Source: Hydrolagus colliei
Taxonomy: Eukaryota
DNA length: 64,000 bases
Assembly (NCBI GenBank): GCA_035084275.1
Contig: CM068779.1
Span: 310,001 to 374,000 of the forward strand
Reading direction: 5' to 3'
In this document: in pieces, positions 41,925-53,744 of the stretch
How positions within the stretch are numbered: position 1 is the stretch's first letter
Layout of the letters: the number at the start of each line of letters is the position of its first letter
Program-made: the position numbers and the translations under genes
Notes under the pieces: generated by a model
Told to the model about the DNA's origin: nothing
Databases searched by the model: none
What the model saw: the letters and a program-made list of their open reading frames with translations, nothing else

Positions 41925-42610
41925 AACAAGATCGCACTTATAAAGCGCATTTCACGTCGGTAGGACGTCCGAAATGTGATGAACAGTCAGGTCCGGACAC
42001 GAGCGAAGGGGAAGGCTAAGGGGTAGGGGGATGGGGAAGGAGAGTGGGAGAGGGGGAAGAGTTAGTGGGGCAGCCGAAGTCGCGGTCCAAGAGGAACGTC
42101 TTGAGACCGGCATTGAAGGAGGAAAGGGAGGAAGCGAGGTGGAGGGGCAGCGAGATGGAGTTCCACCGTGTCGTTGAAAGCCTGGCCGGGAATGGTTGGG
42201 CGGTTAGGGCGGTGGAGGCGGAGAATGCCTGTGTCTGCTGAACGGAGGGGACGGTCAGGCTGATAGGGAAGCAGCATGGCAGAGAGATAGGCCGGGGCAA
42301 GGCCGTGAATGGCCTTGAAGGTGAGGACAAGGATGTTGAATTCGATCCTCTAGGTGACGGGGAGCCAGTGGCGACGGGCGAGAGTGGGAGTGATGTGGTC
42401 GCGAAGCCTGGTGCGAGAGAGTACACGAGCTGCAGAATTCTGAATGAACTGAGCCTGTGAAGGGGAGGCCGAGGAGGAGAGAGTTTCCGTAGTCGAGCCT
42501 GGAAGTGATGAAGGCGTGGATGAGAGTTTCGCAGCAAGGTTGGTGAGATCGTGGCGGAGTCTGGCAATTTTGCGGAGGTGATCGTGATACTATATGGTGA
42601 TGATGTTAAT
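41925..42610 (-). mobile_element. L2 LINE 3' fragment
   Basis: Reverse strand shows WNSISLPLHLASSLSSFNAGLKTFLLDR and an L2 tail. Confidence 0.8.
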
Positions 42611-43249
42611 CTGAGCACACAGAAATTCACAATAAATTATTGTATTGCTCAACTACAGAATAGCATTAGGAGAGATGAACACAAGGTTAAGGTGTTGCTC
42701 TGTTTTCCCGCGCTCGACTATTAGATGGTGGCAATCAGACCTGAGGCACTTAGTAACAGAATCAATGTGATGGGATTAAGTGGGAAATACGTGTTTAGTC
42801 ATAATAGCATTACTTGAATTTGGTAAAACGCTTTTCCTGTCACCTAGATGTCTCAAATAGCTTCACAGAACACACTGGGAAGTGAATTTACTATATATTT
42901 GTGGGTGGAAAGCGGCAGGCAATTACGCACCGCAGCGTCACACAAAGATTTGTTGGTCAAAATGACCTATTTATTTGTTGTGTTTATTTCAGGGAATATT
43001 GACGAGGAAGTGCCTTAAATTAACTTGCCTACGGTTTCTTCCTGCCTGACATGAAATCATACCGATGTCTCTCGCTTGTAAGGTAAGCGCTCTATTCATT
43101 GTGTAAAATACCATCATATTTATATGAACTGTATTCTGTGAATGTCAATGCTCTGACAACATCTGCTTTTTAATAATTATTACAGTATTATGATAGTACA
43201 AAAGCAACATCAAAATCACAATTCTTGTGCATGTCCCAAGTGATAATCC

Positions 43250-43900
43250 CTGCTAGGATTTCTCATCCCCATTTTTATAGCGCCTTATCTCCACATTAAA
43301 TTTTCCGCATTGAAATGTATTTGCCACCAATCTCACGAATGTCCCTATCTTCCTATTACCATCTAGTTCAGCGTCGCAATCTACCTCCTTCATTATCTTG
43401 GTTTTATTTGCAAACTTAGCGACTGTGCCTGCGAGTCCTTGTCCCAGATCATTGATTTAAATGTGTAACGAAAGCGTTTCCCAAACAGACCTTTGAGCAA
43501 TCCCAATGGTAAAGTTTCCCAGTACAATACCCTCTGGGATTTTCCAGCCCACCAGTTGCGTATCTATTGTGATAGACCTCTACTGATTTTCTGTACCAGC
43601 CGCTCAAGAGGAACTGTACCAAAGGTCTTCCTGAAATTTATTATAAAACATGCACTGCCTTAGATTTGTCAAGCTCCCTTTTCACACATTCAATGAAACC
43701 AGTAAACGCTTGCAGCAAAATGTATCATTTGTGAACCCACTGATGTTATATTAATTATTTTAATGTTGTCCAGATGCTGTATGATTTTATCCTTAATATG
43801 GGTCTCCATTACTGTACGCATAATGGAAATCAAATTTGGTTTGTGGTTTGCTTGGATACGTTTGTTACAATTGTTAAACATAGGAAAATCACCTGCCATT
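43250..43900 (-). mobile_element. Old CR1 RT fragment
   Basis: Degenerate RT motifs on the reverse strand (..METHIKDKIIQHL..). Confidence 0.55.
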
Positions 43901-45919
43901 CTCTAATGCCCAGTCTACTTGACCATTATTATGGTTAGATTTTGTAAGGATTATTTGTACCTGAACAAATGTTTTCAACATGCTCACTGTTATGAATTAT
44001 TTCTAATGGATTTCTGATTTGATGTCTGAAATAAACCGCAAACTATTTAATAATAATAATAAACCTTGCATTTTATGTAGCGCTTTTACCGTCTTCAAGA
44101 CATCTCAAAGCGCTTGATAGAAAGCACTGGAGTGTGAATTCACCGCAGATTTGTCGAAGCAACCCGGCAGCGAATTGCGCACAGCATCATCCCCACAAAC
44201 AGCCGTCGGTTGAATTTAACAACTTTACAATGACGTTTTTGTTTAGGGATTATTATTAGTCATGAGGAGCAAGGCAATTTATACAAGGACTCGATGTGAC
44301 CTGCCATGTTTCGAAAACAAGACCCACGCTTGTATAAGTGCTCCAACCACTGAGCAACAGGACTACAGTTAGTCAGTGAGTGAACTTATTTGGTGCGGAT
44401 TAATCACAAAACATATTGGTCACAGTCATAACAATTCAGTTTTATCACTGAACGCCCTGCAGGCACGTTTCAGTGTTAATCATAATCCTTCCATTTGATG
44501 CAATGCGGAAGTTCATTTGTATACGAGGCCCGATCAAAGGACGTTGTTTCTCTGCTCATTCTCGCCTTTTCCTGTTTGGCTTGCGAGTTGTGGGGAAATC
44601 CAGTGAGGCATAAATCACCCGTTTCTGATCTTCAGCCTGAGACTGAAAAATAAATGTACAGTAATAGTATAATCAGCACTGCATTATTTATATCTACTTA
44701 TCACTTGGACCCATCTCAAAGCTCTTCACAGGATACACTATAAAGAAGATTGAATGTATATATTATCGGATAAATTGGCAGCCACGTGTACACTACTGTG
44801 TCTCCAAAATAATGTGAATTGAGTGACTTTTTACGTTTTTTCGTTTGAAGGACATATTACCACCCGCATAAACGTTCCACCAATTGACTGACAAGACAGT
44901 ACATACTTACCAATGGTAAACCGAGGTTTGTGTGTGTATGTGCTTGTTTGTGTGTGGGTGGGTGTCGGTCTACGTATGTGTGGAGTAAGGTAATCTGGCT
45001 AATATTTCGCACTTTCTAGCCCATGTCTCTCGCTACGAGGGCAGAGCTCTAACTACGGAATCTGATATGCGTTTGCAGTATAAGGAATAGACGGTTACAT
45101 AGTGCCAACTAACGATAACATTATCCACCAGTTTGTGGTCATTTGCTAAGAGGTTCAATAAAAAAATACTTTTCTAGCGCCCTTCAGATCAGAAAGTTGT
45201 CGCACGGCGTTGCAGTCAGGGATTGTTGGACCCGAGAAGGGAGTGTTGGACAGGAGCGTTGGAGAGCAGATGGTGGGGTGAGATAGTGGCTCAAAGCATG
45301 TATGAAGGAAAGGTCACTACACAGGACTTGAATAAGGCTAGGAACAACAACAAAAACATTACACTTCTATAGCATCTTTAATGTGATGAAGACGTCCCAA
45401 GGCGCTGGACAGTCATTTTTTAAGACCCGAGCTGGTGACAGGGATGATGGAAGGAAAGGAGGGATTTGGGGTTACCAATGGGATAGTCGAAGAGGATGGT
45501 CTTGATGCGGGACTTGAAGGAGGCCAGGGAATGTGTGAGGCTGAGAGATTGCAGCATAGTCATCCGAAGGGGTTTCAGCTGTGTAGAGACCATTAGTTAT
45601 CAAAATGCACAATCTGCACTCTCACCACCCAAGCCTTGGTCCAAGCCGAGCTGCAGCTAAAAAAGTGTGGGGTTGGGAGGGTGATCTAAGGAGCGATCAA
45701 CGCGGAAGCAATAGGGGGAGGGATTGCGGTGGAGGGGTTGTGCTTTAGAGCTCCAAAGTGTGGGGACAGTGAGTCTGAATCCCACCCAACCCCAAGTAAA
45801 GACACCATTCGGCTAGATAATAGGTTTAACATATTCAGCGTTGTCCTTTTCGATGCTGACCTCTGGTTAACTTTTGCAATATCGATACGTTTGACACATT
45901 TGACACATGCCCATATTAA

Positions 45920-48900
45920 CTACCTCCTAATTTTCTGAGGATGCTGACTAGTCACCGATGTTGGTGACTGCTCAGCGATTTTAATCACTGATTTAGTATA
46001 CACAAACTTTGCCAAAGAAGATAACTAATAACAATTATACCTGCGTTGATACAGCACCTGGACACATACCCGAGACAGCTCAACGTGCTTCAGGTTAGAC
46101 AGTGTAATGTGGAATAACTGTGTGTTTTCTGGCCGAAACACTGTAGCCAATCGTTTACTGTGATAGCCCCACAAACAGCCATGGATTAGGGGACCAAACT
46201 AACAATACTATTATTAAAGGGATTATTACCTCCAGGGAGAGATCAAACAATCTTGGTATCTTTCTGTGTCTATTCTCACCCAAATGAAAATCAGTTAAAG
46301 TTAGTTTCAAAGACGGACCTTACCTGATTCAGACGCTGATTCCTGTGCATTGTTATATCTGCATAATAATTAAAGCAATAGAGACAATAATGTTAATAAC
46401 TATAAAAACTTTGAGACTCAGAGCACTAAACTCATGAATTGTTTGTTGTAATTATAATAATACTTTTGGCAATTTTAATATTCATATTCACTTGGAACCT
46501 ACCTTCACTGAGAGAATAACATTTTGAAACTAAAATAATAATAATCATCCTTTTATTTGACGTAACCTATTATCACTTCGTCTTGACGCCGTAATTCGCT
46601 TTAAAGTATACACAGAAAGTGAATTTACTGTATATTTTGTGGATTGAGTTACAACATTCTTATTTTTCTTACTTACAGAGAGGTAGGTGTGCTTGTGGAG
46701 TCAGTAAAACTGCCCAACATTTGAACCTGCCTGGGAGTTGAACCCATACCCTCTCGCTTGCTGGGAAAGTACTATAACTACCAAGCTACGGGAACCCACA
46801 TGTTCAACCGCTATAAAATATGTTGCCAACGGAGTTGTATCAAAACACTTTGAGCGTGAAACAGATTGGTATAGTATAATAGAAATCTGAATTGGAATAA
46901 TCTTGTTCTAAAATTACTGGAATGAATCTCACCTGCATGTTCATAATTTCCTAATTTTGTTTTCATTTTCGGATTGTCACTGCAAATTCGGAAAACAAAA
47001 GACTGTTATTTAAAATATATATAGATGAAAATACTTAACTGAATGATTAATTCTTTAAAAATGATAATCCTTGAATTAGATACAGTTCCTTATTACATAT
47101 TCGGCAAGTCTCAAAGCGCTCCACAGAAAGTAACATAGAGTGAATTGACTGTCCATTTTTCGGGTGAACTGTAGCAGGTTTATGTGGTAACTGCCACTTT
47201 GGTTCTCATGATAATTTGCCATTGTCGTCCTTCTATGCATTTATTTCGCGCTAAACAAAATACACTATTGACGTGGACTGGAATATCAAACACCATTGAG
47301 GTTTTTACTGTGAAAGAAACATTGAAAGTATTTTTTACCGTTTATTGCGTCCCATCTTGGCGTTTTCTGCTTAAAACAGATTAGGAGATCAAAATGAAAT
47401 TGTCGTCTTTAATCCTTGCATTCGACAAATCATATCTTTGAGACGTTTCAATGCGTTTCACCGGACACATTGCAAAGTGAATTGATTGTAAATTTTGTGG
47501 GTGAAAACGGCAGACAATTGCTCACAGCAGCGTCCAACAAATAGTTATGGATCGAGTGACCAAATTGTTATTTTCTTACTTTCTGGAAGCAATTATTATC
47601 TCCTGAATAGCTATCCACCAACTCAATATTAGGCAGGTTCCCGCTCACTATTGACAAAGAGAGGTGACTGGGAGCAAAGTAACTTTCCCAAAGTTGTGTT
47701 GTGTTAATATAGTTTGTTGTAATTTTTGTTGTAAGTCATATAACTTTACCGAAGATGCCATTCAGCCAATTTTGTCACTGCTGGTTCCTTGCTAGAGCTA
47801 TCAACTCGTCCAACCCCCCCCCCCCCCCCCCCCCCACCCACCCGCCTCATCTCTCCCGATAACATTGCAAATTTGTCCTCACCAAATTCTTCTTTTGAAC
47901 TAGTTGACAGATTTAAGATAAAATTACAGGTTCTGTGAAAATTGCAATCTCAACAAGACTTTTAGCGCCTTGGGACGATCTCTAAGTGTAATGTTTTTAG
48001 CTGTTGGTGCTTACCTGTCGGTTTGCATTTCCAAAGTGGGGCGGAGAGAAGAAACACAAGTACAAACAAGAGAACCAGAGCAATAATACCAATAGTGATC
48101 AGAAGGAAATCATTTGCAGTGTGGAGAGAGACTATGAGAGAGTAAAAGAGAGATAGAGTGAGATACATACAGTAATTGTACTTGGCACATTCCTAGCTGC
48201 CAAACATCACACACACATTCTCGTCCCACATACCCTTGAACATTTTTGGATGTACAAAATCCAAAAAATTCCTTTGAATATAGTTCCACCAATCGACCAA
48301 CCAGCGGGTTAGCACTTACTGCTGGTTAACATATGTCTCCGCGTGTTTGAAGTTATATTATGAACAACTCTGAACATTCGTTTAGAGTATAATAATAATA
48401 ATCATCCATGCTCGTGAGACAGCGCTTTTTCACATTTTCCATCAATTTCAAAACGCTTCACAGTGAATTTAAATGACTTGGCTGTGCTTTTTAGTTGAAA
48501 GTCTGCAGCAAAAGTAGCACAGAGACTTCCCTACAAACCGTCTTGAATCGAAGAGATCTAACGATTACTATTTAAAAAAATACTACTTAAAACAATAACA
48601 ATTGACTAACAAGCTGGTTCCTACTTACAGTTTGGTAAACAGAGATTTCTGTGCATGTGTATGTGCAGTAACAATAATACTAATAATGAACCTTGATTTG
48701 AAATAGCGCGTTCCATATCTTATCAACGTATGAAAGCGCTTCACGGAATATACTGTAAAGTGGATTAGCTGTATATTTGTGTACGAAACACAGCAGCCAG
48801 TTGCGCACAGCAGCGTTCTCATGAACAGCCGTGGATTCAAAATGACAATATTTTATTATTTTGCTTGTTTATCGGAAGGATTATTATTAGGCGTGTGAGT

Positions 48901-51900
48901 GGAGCAAGGAAACTTGCCCCAGGATTCGCCCTCATCTGGCTGGATTAGAAAACCGGTCTCACGCTTGTAAAACGAGAGCTTCAGATACTGAGCCACAGGG
49001 CTCACGGGTAATGAAAAGTATCCAACGTTTCACCCTGACATGGCCGGTAAACGAACCTGTGTCCTCTCATGGCGAGCGCTCTAACTACTGATCTTCAGGG
49101 ACGAACTAATCTAGTTAGTAGCTAACTAATCTGTAAATTCACCGTTTTTCCTTTTTTCTTGGTACGTCACGCTCTTCTCCACTGTTTTCTCTGGAGACAC
49201 TTGAGCAACACAAGTGCACATGGCACCTTCGATCCAGGTGTCATTTGAGATGTGGATCTGACTCCTCACACTGTATGTTCCATCAGGTTGGTGCGTCCCT
49301 TGATCACTCGCTCCCGCCGTTAATTGTCCTGACACATTCCAGAACACGGGAACCATATTGGAGGACACTCGGCTGACCAAACACACCAAGGGAACCGACT
49401 CAACGGAATCCAGGCGAAACCGAGGCACGAATATTTGCAAGGACGTCTTGTCTGAGGAAGTCTCTGAAGTGGGAAACAGACAAGAGGAGGCAATAGTTTG
49501 TACCGACTCAATATTACTGCTACTTGGGACAGTGAGAAAGCTGGAGTCCTGAAATCCTGTAATTCAGTAGATAGAGCACTTATTGTACAAGCCTGAGACC
49601 AGTTTGCGAATCTAGCCAGATCAGGGCGAATCTTTGGGCAAGTTTCCTTATTTTACACGCGTAATAATGTGCCGTCAAAAAAAGTTGGTGGTTTCAATTC
49701 ACATCTGTTTGTGGGACACTGCTGTGTGCAATTGGCTGCCTTGTTTCGCATACAAATATGCAGTCAACTAACCTTACAGCACATACTGTGAAGCACTTTG
49801 AGATGCCTAGAAGAACGGAAAAGCGCATATCAAAACCAAAGATTACTATTCTTACGTATTATTAAATCTTGCAAATAGCTCTCTCACTAGCAGAAACTTA
49901 CTCTTGTAGGAATGTTTCTCAGGCACTGGAAAGAGTGCAGAGGAGATTTACTAGGACGGTACCAGGAATCAGGGACTTCCGCTATGAGGAAAGGCTACAG
50001 AAGCTAGGTTTATTCTAATTAGAACCAATAATATTGCGTAGAGACCTACTAGAGATTTTTAAGATGATGAGGGGATTCGATAGAGGAAATAGAGAAAAAC
50101 TGTTTCCACTGATGAGAATATCAGTGAATCGTGGTCACAGATTCAAAATAGTTTCAAAAAGAAGCAGAGGGCAGGTTAGGAAAAATAAATTCTCCCGGCG
50201 TGTTGTTCGAATCTGGAATGCATTGCCTGAAAAGGTGGTGAAGGCCGATTCTATAAAAGTTTTTTTAAGAGAGGTAGATGTTTATTTGGGAAAGATGGTT
50301 TGCGAGATTATGGGCAGAGAGCTGTGGAATAGGATTAAATCGCTCTTTTGAAGGAGCCGACTCGATTCGATAGGCCGAATGGCCTCCTTTTGTCCAGTAA
50401 GATTCTCTGATTCTCTAGCGGCCATATGCCAGGAAGGCGCACCAGAGCGCTATACAGACAATGGTGTCTGGACTTGAGTTGGGAGTTGGAGTCAGCAGGA
50501 TTATGAAGCAGGCACATTGTGTGTGAGAGCGTGGCTGAATGAGCAGTCAAATCGAAGGTTTTTAGAAGGAGTAGAGGGGGCCCATAGCAGTATTGAGGCC
50601 GTGGGCTTGTAGCCAATATCTCAAAAGCCACACTGAGTGGGTTCAGCATTTATCCCATCACACACAGAGGGGTTCTCCACTCCGCCCTCTCTCAACAAAC
50701 CTTTGATCTCGCCAACCTGGGCTTAATACACGATTGAATTAGGCGAGCATTCTGCCTCCCTCCAGAGAGTGTGTATCTTGATCAATCAATAAACCAATGA
50801 GGAATACACCCATGAGTAAGTGGAACGCGTCAGATCACAAAAAAAATTCATTCTTACCTCCGACAAGTAGAGTGGATGCGTTCAATAGAAAGTCGATATA
50901 TTGCTCAGAGCAATAGTATGAGCCAGAATCATTCCTCTGTACATCACGGATTTTCAGTTTTAAAGCTCCGTTGACTGTTTCAGAAGCAAATTTACAAGAT
51001 GACCCTTTGCAGGATTGAGTGTCGATTAGCTGTGGGGCTTCGCCATCAGTTTGTTTGTACCAAACAGTTTCAATCTCATATCTTGTGTTGCATTGTACCT
51101 CAATATCCTCGCCAACCTTGACCAAACAGAGATAGGGGAACAGCGACGCGAGAGGTTCAGATTCTGAATGGGAAACAAAGACGTTTAATTGAAGTTAGAG
51201 TTTAATGAAAGAAACAATAACAGTACGAAATTATACTTACATAGCGCCTGACATTCGTGTGGGTAGGACAACACAACGTACTGGGATTATCAGTGTCTGC
51301 ACCCGAGCTGGGGGATTAGATAGGAGGGTGCCCGAAGGCACGGTTGAGGAGGAGGATCTTGGGACACCACTTGAAATAGCAAAGGGAGAATGCGAAACAA
51401 AAGGTATGCGTGATGAAGTTCCAAATGGTCGGGGCAGAGTGGCTGAAGCCCTGATTGTCAATAGTGGGGCGAGGGAGGCAGGACACATGAAGTAGACAGC
51501 AATAATTTTATTTTGCCTAAAGCTCCCCATTGTAGCGTCCAAGAGCGCATACAACAAACTAATGTACATCAAGCCAGACAAAAAATCGTATTGTCACTAC
51601 ACTTTACAACGTATCCTGTGAAACGTTGTGAGACTTCTCGAAGATGTGATCAGCGGTCTTTTCAAATTATTATTACTATTACTATTATTATCATCATTAT
51701 CATCATTATCATCATTATCATCATCATCATCATTATCATCATTATCATTATCATTAATATCTCTGCTCTTACCATTTTATGTTGAAATATCAAATTTGAT
51801 CCGCTTTGAAAATACAAAAAAATGTAATTGAGTAGAATTCAGTCCTTATTTTTTTTGCCAAACTTGCGAAAGAAAACTGTGTAAATTATTTGCATCTGTA

Positions 51901-52126
51901 GACTAAAAGTATTCCCGTGTTCTCTTCCTGCACTAAACGCCTTTCCATTTATTGTCTGAACTTACGGTAGTAAATAATCACTCCTTTCAAAATCTTTCTC
52001 TGCTAAATTGTTTTGTTTGTGTTTCTCTGCCAACCTCCCCATAAAAGATCACATCGCACGTTTAAACTTACTGTTTATCCAGGACAGCGTCACAGAGAGA
52101 AGGACTGACGATAGTATTTTTGACAT
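45920..52126 (-). CDS. IgSF receptor A: leader-V-C1-TM-cytoplasmic, non-rearranging and antigen-receptor-like (PRARP/VJC1-like), about 331 aa
   Basis: Exons: L 52126-52072 (MSKILSSVLLSVTLSWIN), V 51163-50858, C1 49463-49143, TM 48131-48015 (FLLITIGIIALVLLFVLVFLL), then candidate cytoplasmic exons 47366-47339, 46979-46933, 46358-46324 and 46006-45920. All introns are GT-AG, phases are compatible, and the total of 996 nt has no internal stop. L, V, C1 and TM are strongly supported. The small cytoplasmic exons, especially the last (AAG acceptor), are less certain. Confidence 0.75.
49550..49865 (+). mobile_element. tRNA-derived SINE, near full length
   Basis: Head, body and L2-type tail are all present. 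Confidence 0.75.
49915..50415 (+). mobile_element. CR1 LINE 3' fragment in the V-C1 intron of gene A
   Basis: RGDL..FKMMRGFDR..RVVRIWNALPEKVV, a GGCCGAATGGCC stem and an ATTCTCTG tail. Confidence 0.9.
51230..51500 (-). mobile_element. L2 3' fragment
   Basis: L2 tail on the reverse strand. Confidence 0.6.
51668..51757. repeat. (ATT/ATC)n microsatellite
   Basis: Trinucleotide run. Confidence 0.95.
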
Positions 52127-52574
52127 GATGAGTCAATCGACCTGACCAGTTTGCTGCGGACAGCTTGCGAGTTATTGAATGAAATGGGGGAAAACGTTAG
52201 TTTAGCGCACGCTTAAGATAGAGATCCGTTATATGTCCGATCCTACGCACGAGCAACTCACTGCAACCTCTCTGTAGCACAGTGGTCAGACTTGACTTAT
52301 AGACAGTGATCAGTGTGAGAAATTATATTACGTAGTGAGACCCGCCTTTGACAAACAAGCCAATACTGTACATGCTTGAGATAATGATGACACTTGCATT
52401 TGAAACAATAATAATCACTTTGTTCAGTACAGCGGAAATTTGCGACATCCAGGCGCCATAAATAGCCTGATGTGGATTGAATATATATTTTGTTCACCAA
52501 ACGTAGCGGCCAATTGTGCCAGTAATAGACTTCAATTTAGTGATCAAATGATTATTATTAGAAACAACGCTTCA

Positions 52575-52900
52575 CAACAGTGGATCCGGTGACCAAGCCA
52601 GGGGCAGGGGTAGGAAGATGATCAACGGCACGGTCGAAGAGAAAGTATTTAGCTGGGATCTGGAGCTGGGAAGAGAAGGGAGTGAGGAAGGGAGTTCCAG
52701 AGCATCAGGGCATGGTGGCTGTAGGTAAGGCCGCCGAGGGTGGAGCGGAGGATTCGGGGGATATGGAGGAGACCAGAGTTGGTGGAGTGAAGGTAGCGAG
52801 TGTTCTTTTGTGGTGAGACGAGGTCGAAGATGTACAGAGGAGTGGATGGATTTAAAGAGAAGGGTGAGGATCTGGAATATTATTCCGAAAGCATTCCACC
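52575..52900 (-). mobile_element. L2 3' fragment
   Basis: Reverse strand shows FQILTLLFKSIH. Confidence 0.7.
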
Positions 52901-53744
52901 ATTTTAACAATTATTGTGTTTCTTCATAATGTTAGGCAGAAGGACGTATTTGTGAGAAGTCAGGAAATTTTTTCATGGGCTCGCCCTGTGTTGAACTTGA
53001 TTCTAACCAGGTCTTCTCAGTTACTCATTAACTGTCCTTAATTGATCTCAAGTTTTGTGTCGTGCTTTAGTTGCATTAATTGACGATTAATAGTACTTTT
53101 GAAGTTAAACTACCTGCTTGCCAATCTAAACTGTAATCTTTAAATGCACCCACGGTATACTCAAGCCACAGAAAGACTGAGACTATAGTTCAGAACAATA
53201 TAACTGAGGTAATCACTTTCAATCATTCCTGATAGATATTTAACAAAGGACCAAAGTACTAGTCGGGAAATTGGATGAAAAATAATATTTACATTCAATC
53301 TTTACGTTCAGCGATGGAATAATTGTGGATTTGATGTTTCTAGCCAACAAAAGTAACAAGATTTTTGAATCTCACTATCTCATCAAATCGAAAAGCTCAG
53401 GGCAATGGAAGAGCATTCAATTGTAAATAGAGAAATATGTATATTGGGTATAACGTTTGGTTCGGTTTAGCCTCGATTCTGAAGAGCTTTATTTGTGCCA
53501 AACTGATGGACAGAGTTGTATTATCACAACTCCCAATCACGTGTTGTAAATGGACATGGACAATTATGCTAATTTTTTCAAACAATAATATTCCATTGGG
53601 GTTGGTAGAGCGCCCCTTCATCAAGTAGTCTCAAACTTCCAGCTAAGCATCCTTCTGCATTGTAGTTAATCTATTTTAATTACAATTAATGTCGTTTATC
53701 AGTTGGTCTGTAAATTCAAGTAAAATTCAAGGACTAAAAACCTT

